Below are positions 18,156 through 26,603 of a stretch of DNA of 51,817 nt, piece by piece. The notes beneath the pieces were generated by a model. It did no database searches and was not told the DNA's origin. It saw only the letters and a list, made by a program, of their open reading frames with translations. The stretch lies in contig JANTFG010000002.1 in the NCBI GenBank assembly GCA_024763555.1, positions 1-51,817 of the forward strand, in the 5' to 3' direction. The position numbers were made by a program, and so were the translations under genes. The DNA comes from Thermoanaerobaculales bacterium (lineage in GTDB: Bacteria; Acidobacteriota; Thermoanaerobaculia; Thermoanaerobaculales; Sulfomarinibacteraceae). The first letter of the stretch is position 1; the number at the start of each line of letters is the position of its first letter.

Positions 18156-18495
18156 ATGTCCTTCCTTGCTCCCCTGTGGGATGGACGGAAAGATGAATAT
18201 CACGCTCTGGATTTTCAGTCCCGGCGAAGGACCCCGGTCATCGAAAACCGTCTCTGAGTCGAATCGAAATCTCCTTTCCCGACCCCGGTTTCGGCATCGG
18301 TTCCGGCACCGGAGATGCGGCTCCTGCTCCGGTATGGGTTTCCGTGTAGCGCTTGGCTCCGCCCGCGAAGTCGACGTCCACCTCAGGCTTTTGCAATCCA
18401 TCGGGACGGTTGATCGTCAAAAAGCCACCAAGGCCGTTGAGCTTTTCGACCGCGTTCGGGCGATGACCTGGAGGTTGTTGCATCCACGGCGGTGA
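18156..18495 (+). pseudogene. decayed four-helix-bundle protein gene (23S rRNA intervening-sequence protein family) interrupted by a repeat array
   Basis: The C-terminal fragment FRVALGSAREVDVHLRLLQSIGTVD...VELFDRVRAMTWRLL (18343..18495) matches the family consensus around IA.GS..E...HL.LA..LG. An N-terminal fragment GRKDEYHALDFQSRRRTPVIEN (about 18186..18251, different frame, ending at a TGA stop at 18258..18260) resembles FPKEERYGLTSQLRRAAVSIPSN. About 50 nt of array sequence lies between the two fragments. Confidence 0.45.
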
Positions 18496-18550
18496 GGGGC
18501 CGCAGCCGGAGCCGGATCCGGAGCAGCAACCGGCACCGGAGCCGGTGGGA
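18284..18550. repeat. paired repeat arrays (R3) flanking the four-helix-bundle gene fragment
   Basis: The left array 18284..18335 (..CCGGCACCGGAGATGCGGCTCCTGCTCCGG) is GCTCC-type. The right array 18497..18548 (CCGGAGCCGGATCCGGAGCAGCAACCGGCACCGGAGCCGG) is the GGAGC type of opposite polarity. Confidence 0.6.
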
Positions 18551-18551
18551 T

Positions 18552-18750
18552 CGTGGTTCTTTTAGCGGATTGCGGGAGCGATGATCGCGGTTTCTGTTGC
18601 TGAAACCCGAACAGGGAGGCCGTTGCCGGAAGCTAAGCGGTCGTGGGAATTCCGACCACTGCGAGTGTGATTCTGTCGCCTCAGCCTCGCCTCCCGGGCG
18701 TCAGACCGGGCTCCGGAATCGGTTACGGTTGGCGGCTCCCGATCCGACTC
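18552..18750 (-). repeat. composite intergenic element, inverted copy of the core (R4)
   Basis: The reverse complement aligns with 7050..7218. Shared blocks are CCGATTCCG..GCC, GGAGGCGA, ACTCGCAGTGGTCGGAA, CCCACGA, CCTCCCTG.TC.GG.TT and TCCGCT.A.AGA.CCACG (18552..18570). Confidence 0.7.
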
Positions 18751-18764
18751 CTCGATTCGCTGCT

Positions 18765-19178
18765 TCAAACTGCCCGGGTCTTCAGTCCCGCCTGGGTCGC
18801 TGCTGCGAGCTGGCGCCTGTCCGATGAGACAAAAAGCTCTGCGCCCCACTCTACGGCACAGGCAACATGAAGCGCATCGAGCGTTCGTACCGGGACTCCC
18901 TCGAGAATACTGATCGCTGACAAAATGACCGCTGTCGTCAGTTGAACGATATCCGCGTCACGAACATCCTCCATCAATCGCCGCTTCGCCAAGGCGTACT
19001 GAGTCTGCGTCAACGATCCATCACGACGGCGTCGATTCATGGCAGATACCAATTCGGGAACACACAGGACGGCCAGACCGATTTCGGAAGCATCGAAACA
19101 GATGGACTCGACCTCCTCGGATCCTTCTTCGTCCACAAAGCGCTTCGCGAAGGAAGAAGAATCAAGAAAAATCTTCAT
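18765..19178 (-). CDS. vapC: PIN-domain ribonuclease toxin (VapC-like)
   Basis: MKIFLDSSSFAKRFVDEEGSE starts with the PIN acidic residue. A conserved D lies in VRTLDALHVA and the fragment FVSSDRRQ is present. The start is set at the internal ATG 19178. It overlaps the antitoxin gene by 17 nt. Confidence 0.8.
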   Translation of the reverse strand: MKIFLDSSSFAKRFVDEEGSEEVESICFDASEIGLAVLCVPELVSAMNRRRRDGSLTQTQYALAKRRLMEDVRDADIVQLTTAVILSAISILEGVPVRTLDALHVACAVEWGAELFVSSDRRQLAAATQAGLKTRAV

Positions 19179-19401
19179 GCTCTCGCTCGTCCAGAATCGT
19201 CGCGGACAGTCCCTCACCCTTTGTCGTCAATCGAAGGGCCGGCCGTCTCCACGAGGGCAATCTCCTCTCGTCTACCTTTATCGGAGAAACTCTGGCAATC
19301 GGCCGACCGTGCCGAAGGACGACAAGCGTTTCGCCCCCTTCGACATCGCTCAGCATTCCCGACGCATGATTTCGGAATTCGGTCAGGGTCACAGTTCTCA
19401 T
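19162..19401 (-). CDS. type II antitoxin, Phd/YefM-like
   Basis: MRTVTLTEFRNHASGMLSDVEGGETLVVLRHGRPIARVSP is a typical Phd/YefM N-terminus. AGGAGA lies upstream of ATG 19401. Confidence 0.8.
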   Translation of the reverse strand: MRTVTLTEFRNHASGMLSDVEGGETLVVLRHGRPIARVSPIKVDERRLPSWRRPALRLTTKGEGLSATILDEREHEDFS

Positions 19402-19479
19402 AGGCCTTCTCCTCTGTACGCTATTGTACAATTTCTTGTACAGAATTTCAAACCCTGACCACTCCACGAGACCTTCCCC

Positions 19480-21045
19480 CTACTCCCACTCCACCTCAAT
19501 GGTTGTCGGATCTCCCGTGATGTTGTCGACCACCGACCCGTAGGCCCAGATCACCGATCCTGAGCTGAGGACATCGATCAGGGCGTAGGCCAGGTCCTGC
19601 TCACCGGCCTCCGCGACCTGAAGCACCCGGTCGATCTGCTTCCATCCATTCGACGGGATGCTTCGTTCGAGCGCCTCTCCGATCTGATTCCCCGAAGCAT
19701 CGAAAAGCCGGATTCTCACCCTAGAATTCGTCGATCCCGGATTGACCAGACCCAGGTTCGATCTCCAGTGCTCGTTCTCGCGAAGACCCATCACACAGCC
19801 GGTTCTTCCTTCCGAAAAGCCGTCCTCCGGTCCGAGACCCGGCAGGGCCTGTCCGAAACTCCCTCCGGAAGCTTCGAGATTATAGGTCCGGGCCTTCATG
19901 AGGATCGGCCCCGAAGACTCGACCCTGATGACACCGCTTCCATCCGAGGAGAAGAGGGAGTCCACGACATCGCTCCAGTGCATCGTTTCCCCCGGACCGA
20001 GGCTCGCGCTTCCGCTCACCGGGCTGCGACCCGAGACTTCGTAACTCATCGTCAGCCGGACACTCTCCGAACCGAGATTGATCCCGATGAGATCCGAACG
20101 CCAGCTTGATCCTTCCGCACCGGGGGCGTGGGCCACCGCCGGAATCAGCGTCCGGTAACTCGAGGCGCCTCCATCCCAGCCCGCAAGCCTCGCAAGGAGC
20201 CACCAGAAGGCACGACCTTTCAGCACGCAGTTCAGCGCATGGGAGTGGGCACAATCCTCACATTGGGAGGCCTGTGCCGCAAGCTCGGAAGCGGAATTGG
20301 CCGCAATCCACTCCTCAGCCCAGTTTCCATCGCCCCAGGGATTGTCGTCGCCATTGCTGTCGTATTCGCAACCGTCGGTCGCGTAAAGCTCCATGAAATT
20401 CCGGTCACCGTCGGGATCGTAACTCTCGATATCGGCGAAGTCGAAGAGGATCTTGTGATTGCTCCGGCAGTACTCCCGGATCTGCTCGTTCCGCTGATGG
20501 AGATTCCCCTCACTCCCGGTGCCGTCCAGATGCCCGGTCATGTAGACGAAAATCACATCGGGATACTCCTGCTCCAGCGAATTCATCGCCTCGAGATAGC
20601 TCCGAATTCCCGAACTCGTGTTATCGCTGACGCCGCCGCACCAGGACCAGATAACGACGTTCCGGTCGTTTCCGGCGGCATCGAGCATCGAACGGGTCGC
20701 ATCCCGCCAGGAGAGATCACCGTTGTGACCGAGATCCTCCGCCTCTTCATTGGCCCAGTAATCGTTGAAAAAGACGCCGGGCTCCGCTCCCCATCCTGAA
20801 GCCTGGAAGTCGTAGGTGGAACTCCAGGCACTCAAGGCCTCGATGCCGCTGACAAGCTGGCTCCCGTGGGAGGTGTGGGAGTAGCCGATCCGCAGATCCT
20901 GCCTTGCCCGATTGATCCATTCGAGAGGAATAGTCCCCAGCCCGGTGCTGCCGTGATCGATGATGATCGCCTCGTCCGCCGTCAGGGCCGTGCCGGCCGC
21001 GAGCAGACAGAAAAGAAGTCCCGCAGAAAGCCTCAGATATCTCAT
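19480..21045 (-). CDS. secreted two-domain hypothetical protein
   Basis: It has a signal peptide (MRYLRLSAGLLFCLLAAGTALTA). The N-terminal domain carries the motifs HTSHGSQ, WSWCGG and MTGH. The C-terminal beta-rich domain is VAHAPGAEGSSWRSDLIGINLG. No family is assigned. Confidence 0.6.
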   Translation of the reverse strand: MRYLRLSAGLLFCLLAAGTALTADEAIIIDHGSTGLGTIPLEWINRARQDLRIGYSHTSHGSQLVSGIEALSAWSSTYDFQASGWGAEPGVFFNDYWANEEAEDLGHNGDLSWRDATRSMLDAAGNDRNVVIWSWCGGVSDNTSSGIRSYLEAMNSLEQEYPDVIFVYMTGHLDGTGSEGNLHQRNEQIREYCRSNHKILFDFADIESYDPDGDRNFMELYATDGCEYDSNGDDNPWGDGNWAEEWIAANSASELAAQASQCEDCAHSHALNCVLKGRAFWWLLARLAGWDGGASSYRTLIPAVAHAPGAEGSSWRSDLIGINLGSESVRLTMSYEVSGRSPVSGSASLGPGETMHWSDVVDSLFSSDGSGVIRVESSGPILMKARTYNLEASGGSFGQALPGLGPEDGFSEGRTGCVMGLRENEHWRSNLGLVNPGSTNSRVRIRLFDASGNQIGEALERSIPSNGWKQIDRVLQVAEAGEQDLAYALIDVLSSGSVIWAYGSVVDNITGDPTTIEVEWE

Positions 21046-21149
21046 ACCGACCTCCGTGTTTTTCCCAGTCTAACAGGAAAGACCGGGACGGGAAAAGCTC
21101 AGGTACTGAAGAAGTCATTGCGCCGTGGGTCGGTTTGAGGCGGCTTCTC

Positions 21150-22466
21150 TCAACGGCTGGATGGATTCCATCGGGAACCGGGTCGACGGCGGTCCTCAGA
21201 GATTGCCGCCGCCGGCACATTCGGATCCCGGACGGCACGCTCGGACTTTCGACGTTTCTTCGATGCGTACATCCGGCGGTCGGCCTCCTCGAGGGCCTCT
21301 TCAAGCGAGGCCGACCCGCCGTAATCCGCGAGCCCCAGGCTGGCCTCGAGGTGGATGAGCGTGCCGTCCGGAGCCTCGATCGACTGATGGAGTTCCGGAC
21401 ACACCTCGAAGGCCTCCTGGGCTTCGATGGCCGAGACGTTGGGAAGGATGACGAGGAATTCGTCGCCGCCCCAGCGGTAGAGCCGATCCTCCGGCCCGAG
21501 ACAGACCTGCACCGCGCGGGCGAAGGTACGGATCAGCGCATCGCCGGTGGAGTGCCCGTGCCGGTCGTTGGTCTTCTTGAGATTGTCCAGGTCGAAGAGG
21601 CCGACGCTGCCGTAGGTCGCCCGGGCGGACCGGATCCCGACATTCTCGAAGAAGGCCCGACGATTGAGCGCACCGGACAGCGGGTCGCGGAGGGCCTCAC
21701 GTTTGAACTCATCATAGGAGAGCGCCAGTTCGTCGATGGCCGCCGTTTTCTCCCGCGTGGTCTCCTCCATCAGAATCAGGACCATTCCGAAGGAGAGAAT
21801 GATTTGGAGGATCAGATCTCCGAAGGACCCGTACTTGCCGATGGTATTCAAGGGGCCCGAGATCGCCTGCCGCTGCAGCATGGCGACATTCCAGAAATAG
21901 GGCAATTCGGCGACCCAGAGCAGGGCTTTGGCCAGACACGCCATCCCGGTCAGGGCCGAGCCCAGGGTTCGGCGTTCCTTCGGCAGGAGGAACATGGTCC
22001 GGGCACAGTAGAGCATTGCGAGAACCAGAGCGACACCCTGCACCAGCATGCTCCTGGCGAAACTCGAGGTCGCCGCAACCGAGAGCAGGGCGCACACCGT
22101 CGACCCCGCCAGCCCCCAGAACAGTCGGCGCCGCCACCTGCCTCCATGGGCGTAGAGGTGGGTGCCGCCGACGAGCAACCACAGGAAGATCCACTTTCCC
22201 AGCTGGTAGAGGGTATAACCGGCCACCATCGCCGGGCTCTGGTCGGCACGATCCAGAAGGACCTGGGCCCGGTGGCTCATGAAAGGAATCAGCGCGATCA
22301 GCGAGAGGGTCAGCACCACCCATGCATCGGCCCAGATCCGGAAATACCGGCGGCGGCCGGACTGGTGGCGGAGGAGTTGGAAGAGCAGGGCCGTCAGGCC
22401 GACACTGAGGACCTCGACGATCAGGCCGACATAGTAGAGGAGAGTCGTTTCCTCGACGCCGGTCAT
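21150..22466 (-). CDS. membrane-anchored diguanylate cyclase (GGDEF domain)
   Basis: The N-terminal half is multi-TM. The C-terminal half has RDPLSGALNRRAF, DLDNLKKTNDRHGHSTGD and RWGGDEFLVILP. Confidence 0.9.
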   Translation of the reverse strand: MTGVEETTLLYYVGLIVEVLSVGLTALLFQLLRHQSGRRRYFRIWADAWVVLTLSLIALIPFMSHRAQVLLDRADQSPAMVAGYTLYQLGKWIFLWLLVGGTHLYAHGGRWRRRLFWGLAGSTVCALLSVAATSSFARSMLVQGVALVLAMLYCARTMFLLPKERRTLGSALTGMACLAKALLWVAELPYFWNVAMLQRQAISGPLNTIGKYGSFGDLILQIILSFGMVLILMEETTREKTAAIDELALSYDEFKREALRDPLSGALNRRAFFENVGIRSARATYGSVGLFDLDNLKKTNDRHGHSTGDALIRTFARAVQVCLGPEDRLYRWGGDEFLVILPNVSAIEAQEAFEVCPELHQSIEAPDGTLIHLEASLGLADYGGSASLEEALEEADRRMYASKKRRKSERAVRDPNVPAAAISEDRRRPGSRWNPSSR

Positions 22467-22666
22467 TGTCGGCGCCCGAGGGTGATCGTCACCACCTTCT
22501 GAAGGCCTCGGTCGGGTTGGGGCCTGATCTGTGCCGATGGAGGGTCTATGCTTCGCAAAACGGAATCTTCCCGAATCCTTGCTGATCCGATGGTATCACA
22601 GAGGGGAATCCGGGACGGCTGCGAAGCCCGACAACAAAGCTCGGTGGAGGAGCGTAGAATAGAGTC

Positions 22667-22792
22667 ATGACCGATGACGAGAAGACGATCAGGACACCGG
22701 CGATCGAGAGTCGAAAAATCTTTGTCGATTCAGGAGATCCCGCTCGGGAAGATCGCGAGGCGGTCGACGCCTGGCTGGATCAGCTGAAGTAG
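22667..22792 (+). CDS. candidate 41-aa small protein (below ORF-track cutoff)
   Basis: The ATG at 22667 is preceded by GGAGGAG at 22646..22652. The translation is MTDDEKTIRTPAIESRKIFVDSGDPAREDREAVDAWLDQLK. A 7-bp hairpin CTCTCAA/TTGAGAG follows about 20 nt downstream. No homology is recognised. Confidence 0.25.
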   Translation: MTDDEKTIRTPAIESRKIFVDSGDPAREDREAVDAWLDQLK

Positions 22793-23035
22793 GCACTTCC
22801 CCACCCGAACTCTCAACAAAATTGAGAGCTGGAAAAATGACGCCGGAAACAGCGCTCACACACTGCCGTTGGGATGACCGGAAGCGCCTTTGAGCAGTCG
22901 ACTCCGGACTCACCTGCTCCAAGCCGGCCGGAATTCTCTTTCTCTGCATCTCCCTGGGGACAAACAGATCAGACGGAGCCGGAAAGCGGAAGGAAAGTTC
23001 CAGCCACTTCGGGAGCCGCAAATCGCCAAACGGAA

Positions 23036-23330
23036 CCGGGGCCGGATCCGGAGCAGGAGCCGCCAGCTGAATCCGCTTCCGGAGCCGGGGACCGGAGCCG
23101 CTTCAGCGGCCGGGTGCTGCGCCCGAAAGGCGAAACTGAGCCTGCAGAGTCGTACTCGTCGTGGTCGAAACAGCCCGCGATCACACCGGGATCCGCCACC
23201 TCATCCCTGCTCCGGTTTCAGACATCAATGCGCCGCCCGGCCCACGGATTCCGCTCCGGATGTGCGGCTCCGGGATCCGATTCTTGCTCCGGATTACCGC
23301 TCCGGTATCGGATTACTTCTCCGGCCCCGG
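23036..23330 (+). repeat. composite intergenic element, full copy (R5)
   Basis: It has a perfect 11-nt terminal inverted repeat: CCGGGGCCGGA at 23036..23046 and TCCGGCCCCGG at 23320..23330. The core 23080..23217 is about 85% identical to 7030..7167. The GCTCCGGATGTGCGGCTCCGG box is at 23253..23273. Confidence 0.85.
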
Positions 23331-23355
23331 ATCGTCGCCCCGAAATCGCTGCCTC

Positions 23356-25062
23356 TCACTCAGACTCCGACCCGACCACTCCCGCCTCTCCACTTCCCCT
23401 GGGGTCTGTTGCCGCCTCCATTGAACCGTCGGCTTCCCTCCGGACGGCCTGGACCAGCCCGACCGCCCTGGTCGAGGAAGTCTCCAGACCGCGGGAGCGG
23501 ATCACGGCTATCGTTTCCGGAGACAACGCACCCTCCTCGGCAAAGAGCCGATCGGGCAGCCACTGGTGGTGAATCCGGGGCGCATCGACAGCCGCCTGCA
23601 GATCTTCACCGTCAACAATGAGATGAAGCAGCACCTGCAGGGTGCCTGTTGGAATCCTGGAACCTCCCGGAGCACCAAGCACGATGAGATCCCCCTCATC
23701 ATTCCAGGCAATCGTCGGCGACATCGAGGAGAGCATTCTTCTTCCCGGAGCGACCGCGTTGGCCTCGCCCTGGATGAGTCCAAACTGATTCGCTTGCCCT
23801 GGGGCCGTGGCAAAATCATCCATCTCGTTGTTCAGCAGAAAACCCGCCTCCGGCACCAGGAGGCCACAGCCGAAGTTCCCGTTGAGCGTCGTCGTCAGGC
23901 TGATGGCGCCGCCTTCGCCATCAATGATTGAGAGATGGGTCGTCTCGGACGACTCCCTCCCCGGTGGAAGCTCGATGCTTCGGACGACGGCGGAGGGTGT
24001 CGACTTCGCGAGCGAGATTTCTCCTGCCAGGCGCTCCATCCTCTGTGGCAGGAGCAAGGTGGAGACATCAGCCCGGGTCGAGGCAGGATCACCCAGCAGG
24101 TAGCGATCGGCGAAGGCCCGTTTCCAGGCCTCGGCAAGCAGCATCATCCGGTCGGCGCCCCCTTTCGGAAGACCTGCATAGTTCTTGCCTTCCAGCAGTG
24201 CCGAGCTTTCGGCCAGGATGAGTCCCCCGGAAGACGGAAGCCCCATCGACGCCACATGCCAGCCGAAGGCGTCGAAACCCAGGCTCTTCCTCCAGACCGG
24301 CCGGTAGGTTTCGAGATCTTGAAGGCTCAGGATCCCTCCATGGCGAGTTGATACTCTCACCATGGCCCGCGCGACTTCCCCGCTCATGATGGCATCGGGG
24401 CCCCGATCGGCATAGGCCTGGAGGGTGCGGGCCAGGGCAGGCAAGCGGATCATCCGGCCGGCTTCCGGCGCCCTCCCCTCAGGTAGCCAGACCCGCCGAC
24501 TTTCCTCGAAGGCCCTCAAGAACACGGCATCTTCACTCCCGAGCAGCCGGGCAAGGTGGGCCGACACCGGAAAGCCATCGCGGGCGAGGCGGATCGCCGG
24601 GGCCACGACCCGGGCCCATCCCAGGCGTCCGAAGCGACGGTGCAGCTCAAAGTAGCCGCGCGGCGAGCCCGGAATTCCTGCGGCCAGTGGACCCAGGAGA
24701 GAGGCCAGCGGTTTGGGCGAGCCCTCAGGACCGAGGTACATGCCGGCCGAAGCCTCCGACGGCGCCGTTTCCCTGAAATCCAGGCTGGTGGTCCGGCCTC
24801 TCATTCGGATCACCGCAAAACCTCCCCCACCGAGGTTTCCCGCGTTGGGGTAGACGACAGCTAGCACGAGGGCCGCCGCCACCGCTGCATCAGCAGCGTT
24901 GCCTCCCGCCTTCAGGATGGAAATCGCAGCATCCGTGGCTTCCCTCGCCTGGGTTGCCACGGCCCCTCCATGACCCCGCCGGGCCGGGGGATCGGCCGCA
25001 GGAACAGGTCGGCACAGGGATAGAAGCAGGATGAGAGGCAGCAGGCTCCGAAGAATCTTCAT
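23356..25062 (-). CDS. ggt: gamma-glutamyltranspeptidase
   Basis: GNLGGGGFAVIR, LDFRETAP and the catalytic-Thr region SETTHLSIIDGEGGAISLTTTLN are present. The start is set at ATG 25062 (MKILRSLLPLILLLSL signal peptide). Confidence 0.9.
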   Translation of the reverse strand: MKILRSLLPLILLLSLCRPVPAADPPARRGHGGAVATQAREATDAAISILKAGGNAADAAVAAALVLAVVYPNAGNLGGGGFAVIRMRGRTTSLDFRETAPSEASAGMYLGPEGSPKPLASLLGPLAAGIPGSPRGYFELHRRFGRLGWARVVAPAIRLARDGFPVSAHLARLLGSEDAVFLRAFEESRRVWLPEGRAPEAGRMIRLPALARTLQAYADRGPDAIMSGEVARAMVRVSTRHGGILSLQDLETYRPVWRKSLGFDAFGWHVASMGLPSSGGLILAESSALLEGKNYAGLPKGGADRMMLLAEAWKRAFADRYLLGDPASTRADVSTLLLPQRMERLAGEISLAKSTPSAVVRSIELPPGRESSETTHLSIIDGEGGAISLTTTLNGNFGCGLLVPEAGFLLNNEMDDFATAPGQANQFGLIQGEANAVAPGRRMLSSMSPTIAWNDEGDLIVLGAPGGSRIPTGTLQVLLHLIVDGEDLQAAVDAPRIHHQWLPDRLFAEEGALSPETIAVIRSRGLETSSTRAVGLVQAVRREADGSMEAATDPRGSGEAGVVGSESE

Positions 25063-25187
25063 GTCGCGATTGTAGCCCCTCCCGGAAAACTCAGCATTCG
25101 ATTCCCTGAGTCCTGTGGCAGCTCCCAATACGCCCTCACGGAAGCAGCTGCCCGAATTCGGTGGTTGGCGGATCGCGTCCTCCGGCC

Positions 25188-26081
25188 TCAGCCCGCCCGC
25201 ACCTGATCCCAGCTGAAAAGAAGGAGCGCCGTCCAGATGGCGCAGAAACTCAAAAGACGTGTTCCATCAAGGCCCTCGTGAAATACGAACACCGCCAGGA
25301 GAAACTGCCCGCTGGGCGCAATGTACTGGAGGAAACCCATCGTACTCAGGGGAAGGATGCGCGCAGCCCGGGTAAAGAACACCAGCGGAATCACCGTAAT
25401 CAGCCCCGCCGCCGCCAGGAGAAGGTTGATCCGCAGATCTCCGGCTCCAAAGTGCAAGCTGCCCTCCATGCGGAGCCGAGCCAGCCAGATCAGGGCCGGG
25501 ATCATCAATAGGCCGGTCTCGACCATCAGGCCGGGCATGGCGCTGACCGGCGCCATTTTACGGATCAGACCGTAAAGCCCGAAGCTCAGTGCGAGGACGA
25601 GAGCGACCAGGGGCAGACTGCCGATCGATGAAACCTCGATTCCAATCCCAACGAGTGCGATACCGACCGCCACAAAGGAGAGGGGCCTCAGTCGTTCCCG
25701 GAGAACAATCATCCCGAGAACAACCGAAAAGAGCGGATTGATGAAGTAACCGAGGCTGGCCTCCAGAACTCGATGATTGCTCACCGCCCAGATGAAAACG
25801 AACCAGTTCAGAGCGATCAGCAGCGTACTCAAAATCAGCGCCGTCCTGGCCTTCCTCTCGCGAAGTGCAGCAAGAACTTCCCTGCCGCGACCCTCGACAA
25901 TGAGAAGAAAGAATAGAAGCAGGAAAGACCAGAGAACTCGGTGAGCGAGGACCTCGGCAGGAGTGACGGAGGCCACAGCCTTGAAGTACAGCGGCACGAG
26001 ACCCCAGATTCCGTAGGCGGAAAGACCGTAGATCCAGCCTTTTCTCCGCCAGTGCAGGCCCGAAGCTCTCTCGGTCCTCAT
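25188..26081 (-). CDS. rarD: EamA/RarD family transporter
   Basis: GLSAYGIWGLVPLYFK is a RarD-type N-terminus, and the layout is a 10-TM EamA repeat. Confidence 0.8.
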   Translation of the reverse strand: MRTERASGLHWRRKGWIYGLSAYGIWGLVPLYFKAVASVTPAEVLAHRVLWSFLLLFFLLIVEGRGREVLAALRERKARTALILSTLLIALNWFVFIWAVSNHRVLEASLGYFINPLFSVVLGMIVLRERLRPLSFVAVGIALVGIGIEVSSIGSLPLVALVLALSFGLYGLIRKMAPVSAMPGLMVETGLLMIPALIWLARLRMEGSLHFGAGDLRINLLLAAAGLITVIPLVFFTRAARILPLSTMGFLQYIAPSGQFLLAVFVFHEGLDGTRLLSFCAIWTALLLFSWDQVRAG

Positions 26082-26108
26082 GAGTCAATGAGAGCTTCTA
26101 AGCCAGTC

Positions 26109-26603
26109 TTAATGGCTCGAAGCCTCCGGGGACCTTCCCGCCAGGTGGGCGGGAACTTCCCCGGCTCTCAACTCCGGATGCCGGATCAATCCACCCAGAT
26201 GAGCCGTCCAGGCCAGGGCGATGGAAAGCGCAAGGAGCAGAGCCAGCAGGACCGGTCCCACCCAGCGCGGGATGGCCTCGCCACCCGCAGCCCGAATGAG
26301 AAGCTGGAGCGCAAAGAGCCCAGTCAGCACACAGAAGATGAAGGTTCCCCGGGCCACCCCGGCATGAGTCTCCGCGAGATTCATCGTCTCCTCACTCATG
26401 ACCGGCATCAACTTCTCGTAGGTCGGCGGTCCCGAAGCATAGGCGATCCCTGCGCTGATTCCGCAGAGGAGCAGCATCACGAGGCCAAGCTTCATCAGCC
26501 TCTCGTCCTTCCACCACTGGGCGGCGCCAGCCACAAGGAGCGCAAAGAACACGCCGATCACCGGGACATGAACGATGAGCAGGTGAAGCTGCGGAGCACT
26601 CAT
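26109..26603 (-). CDS. hypothetical integral membrane protein
   Basis: It has four predicted hydrophobic helices and overlaps the upstream gene by 4 nt. No family is assigned. Confidence 0.55.
   Translation of the reverse strand: MSAPQLHLLIVHVPVIGVFFALLVAGAAQWWKDERLMKLGLVMLLLCGISAGIAYASGPPTYEKLMPVMSEETMNLAETHAGVARGTFIFCVLTGLFALQLLIRAAGGEAIPRWVGPVLLALLLALSIALAWTAHLGGLIRHPELRAGEVPAHLAGRSPEASSH

Noticed and set aside
21135-22502. A 455-aa plus-strand ORF spanning the GGDEF locus.
   Set aside because: The opposite strand carries an unmistakable GGDEF domain plus TM region. This frame is Arg/Gly/Pro/Glu-rich with no motifs.
22689-23021. A 110-aa minus-strand ORF in the GGDEF-ggt gap.
   Set aside because: It has no ribosome-binding site and runs into the repeat element. 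Its Arg/Pro/Ser-rich composition shows no motifs.
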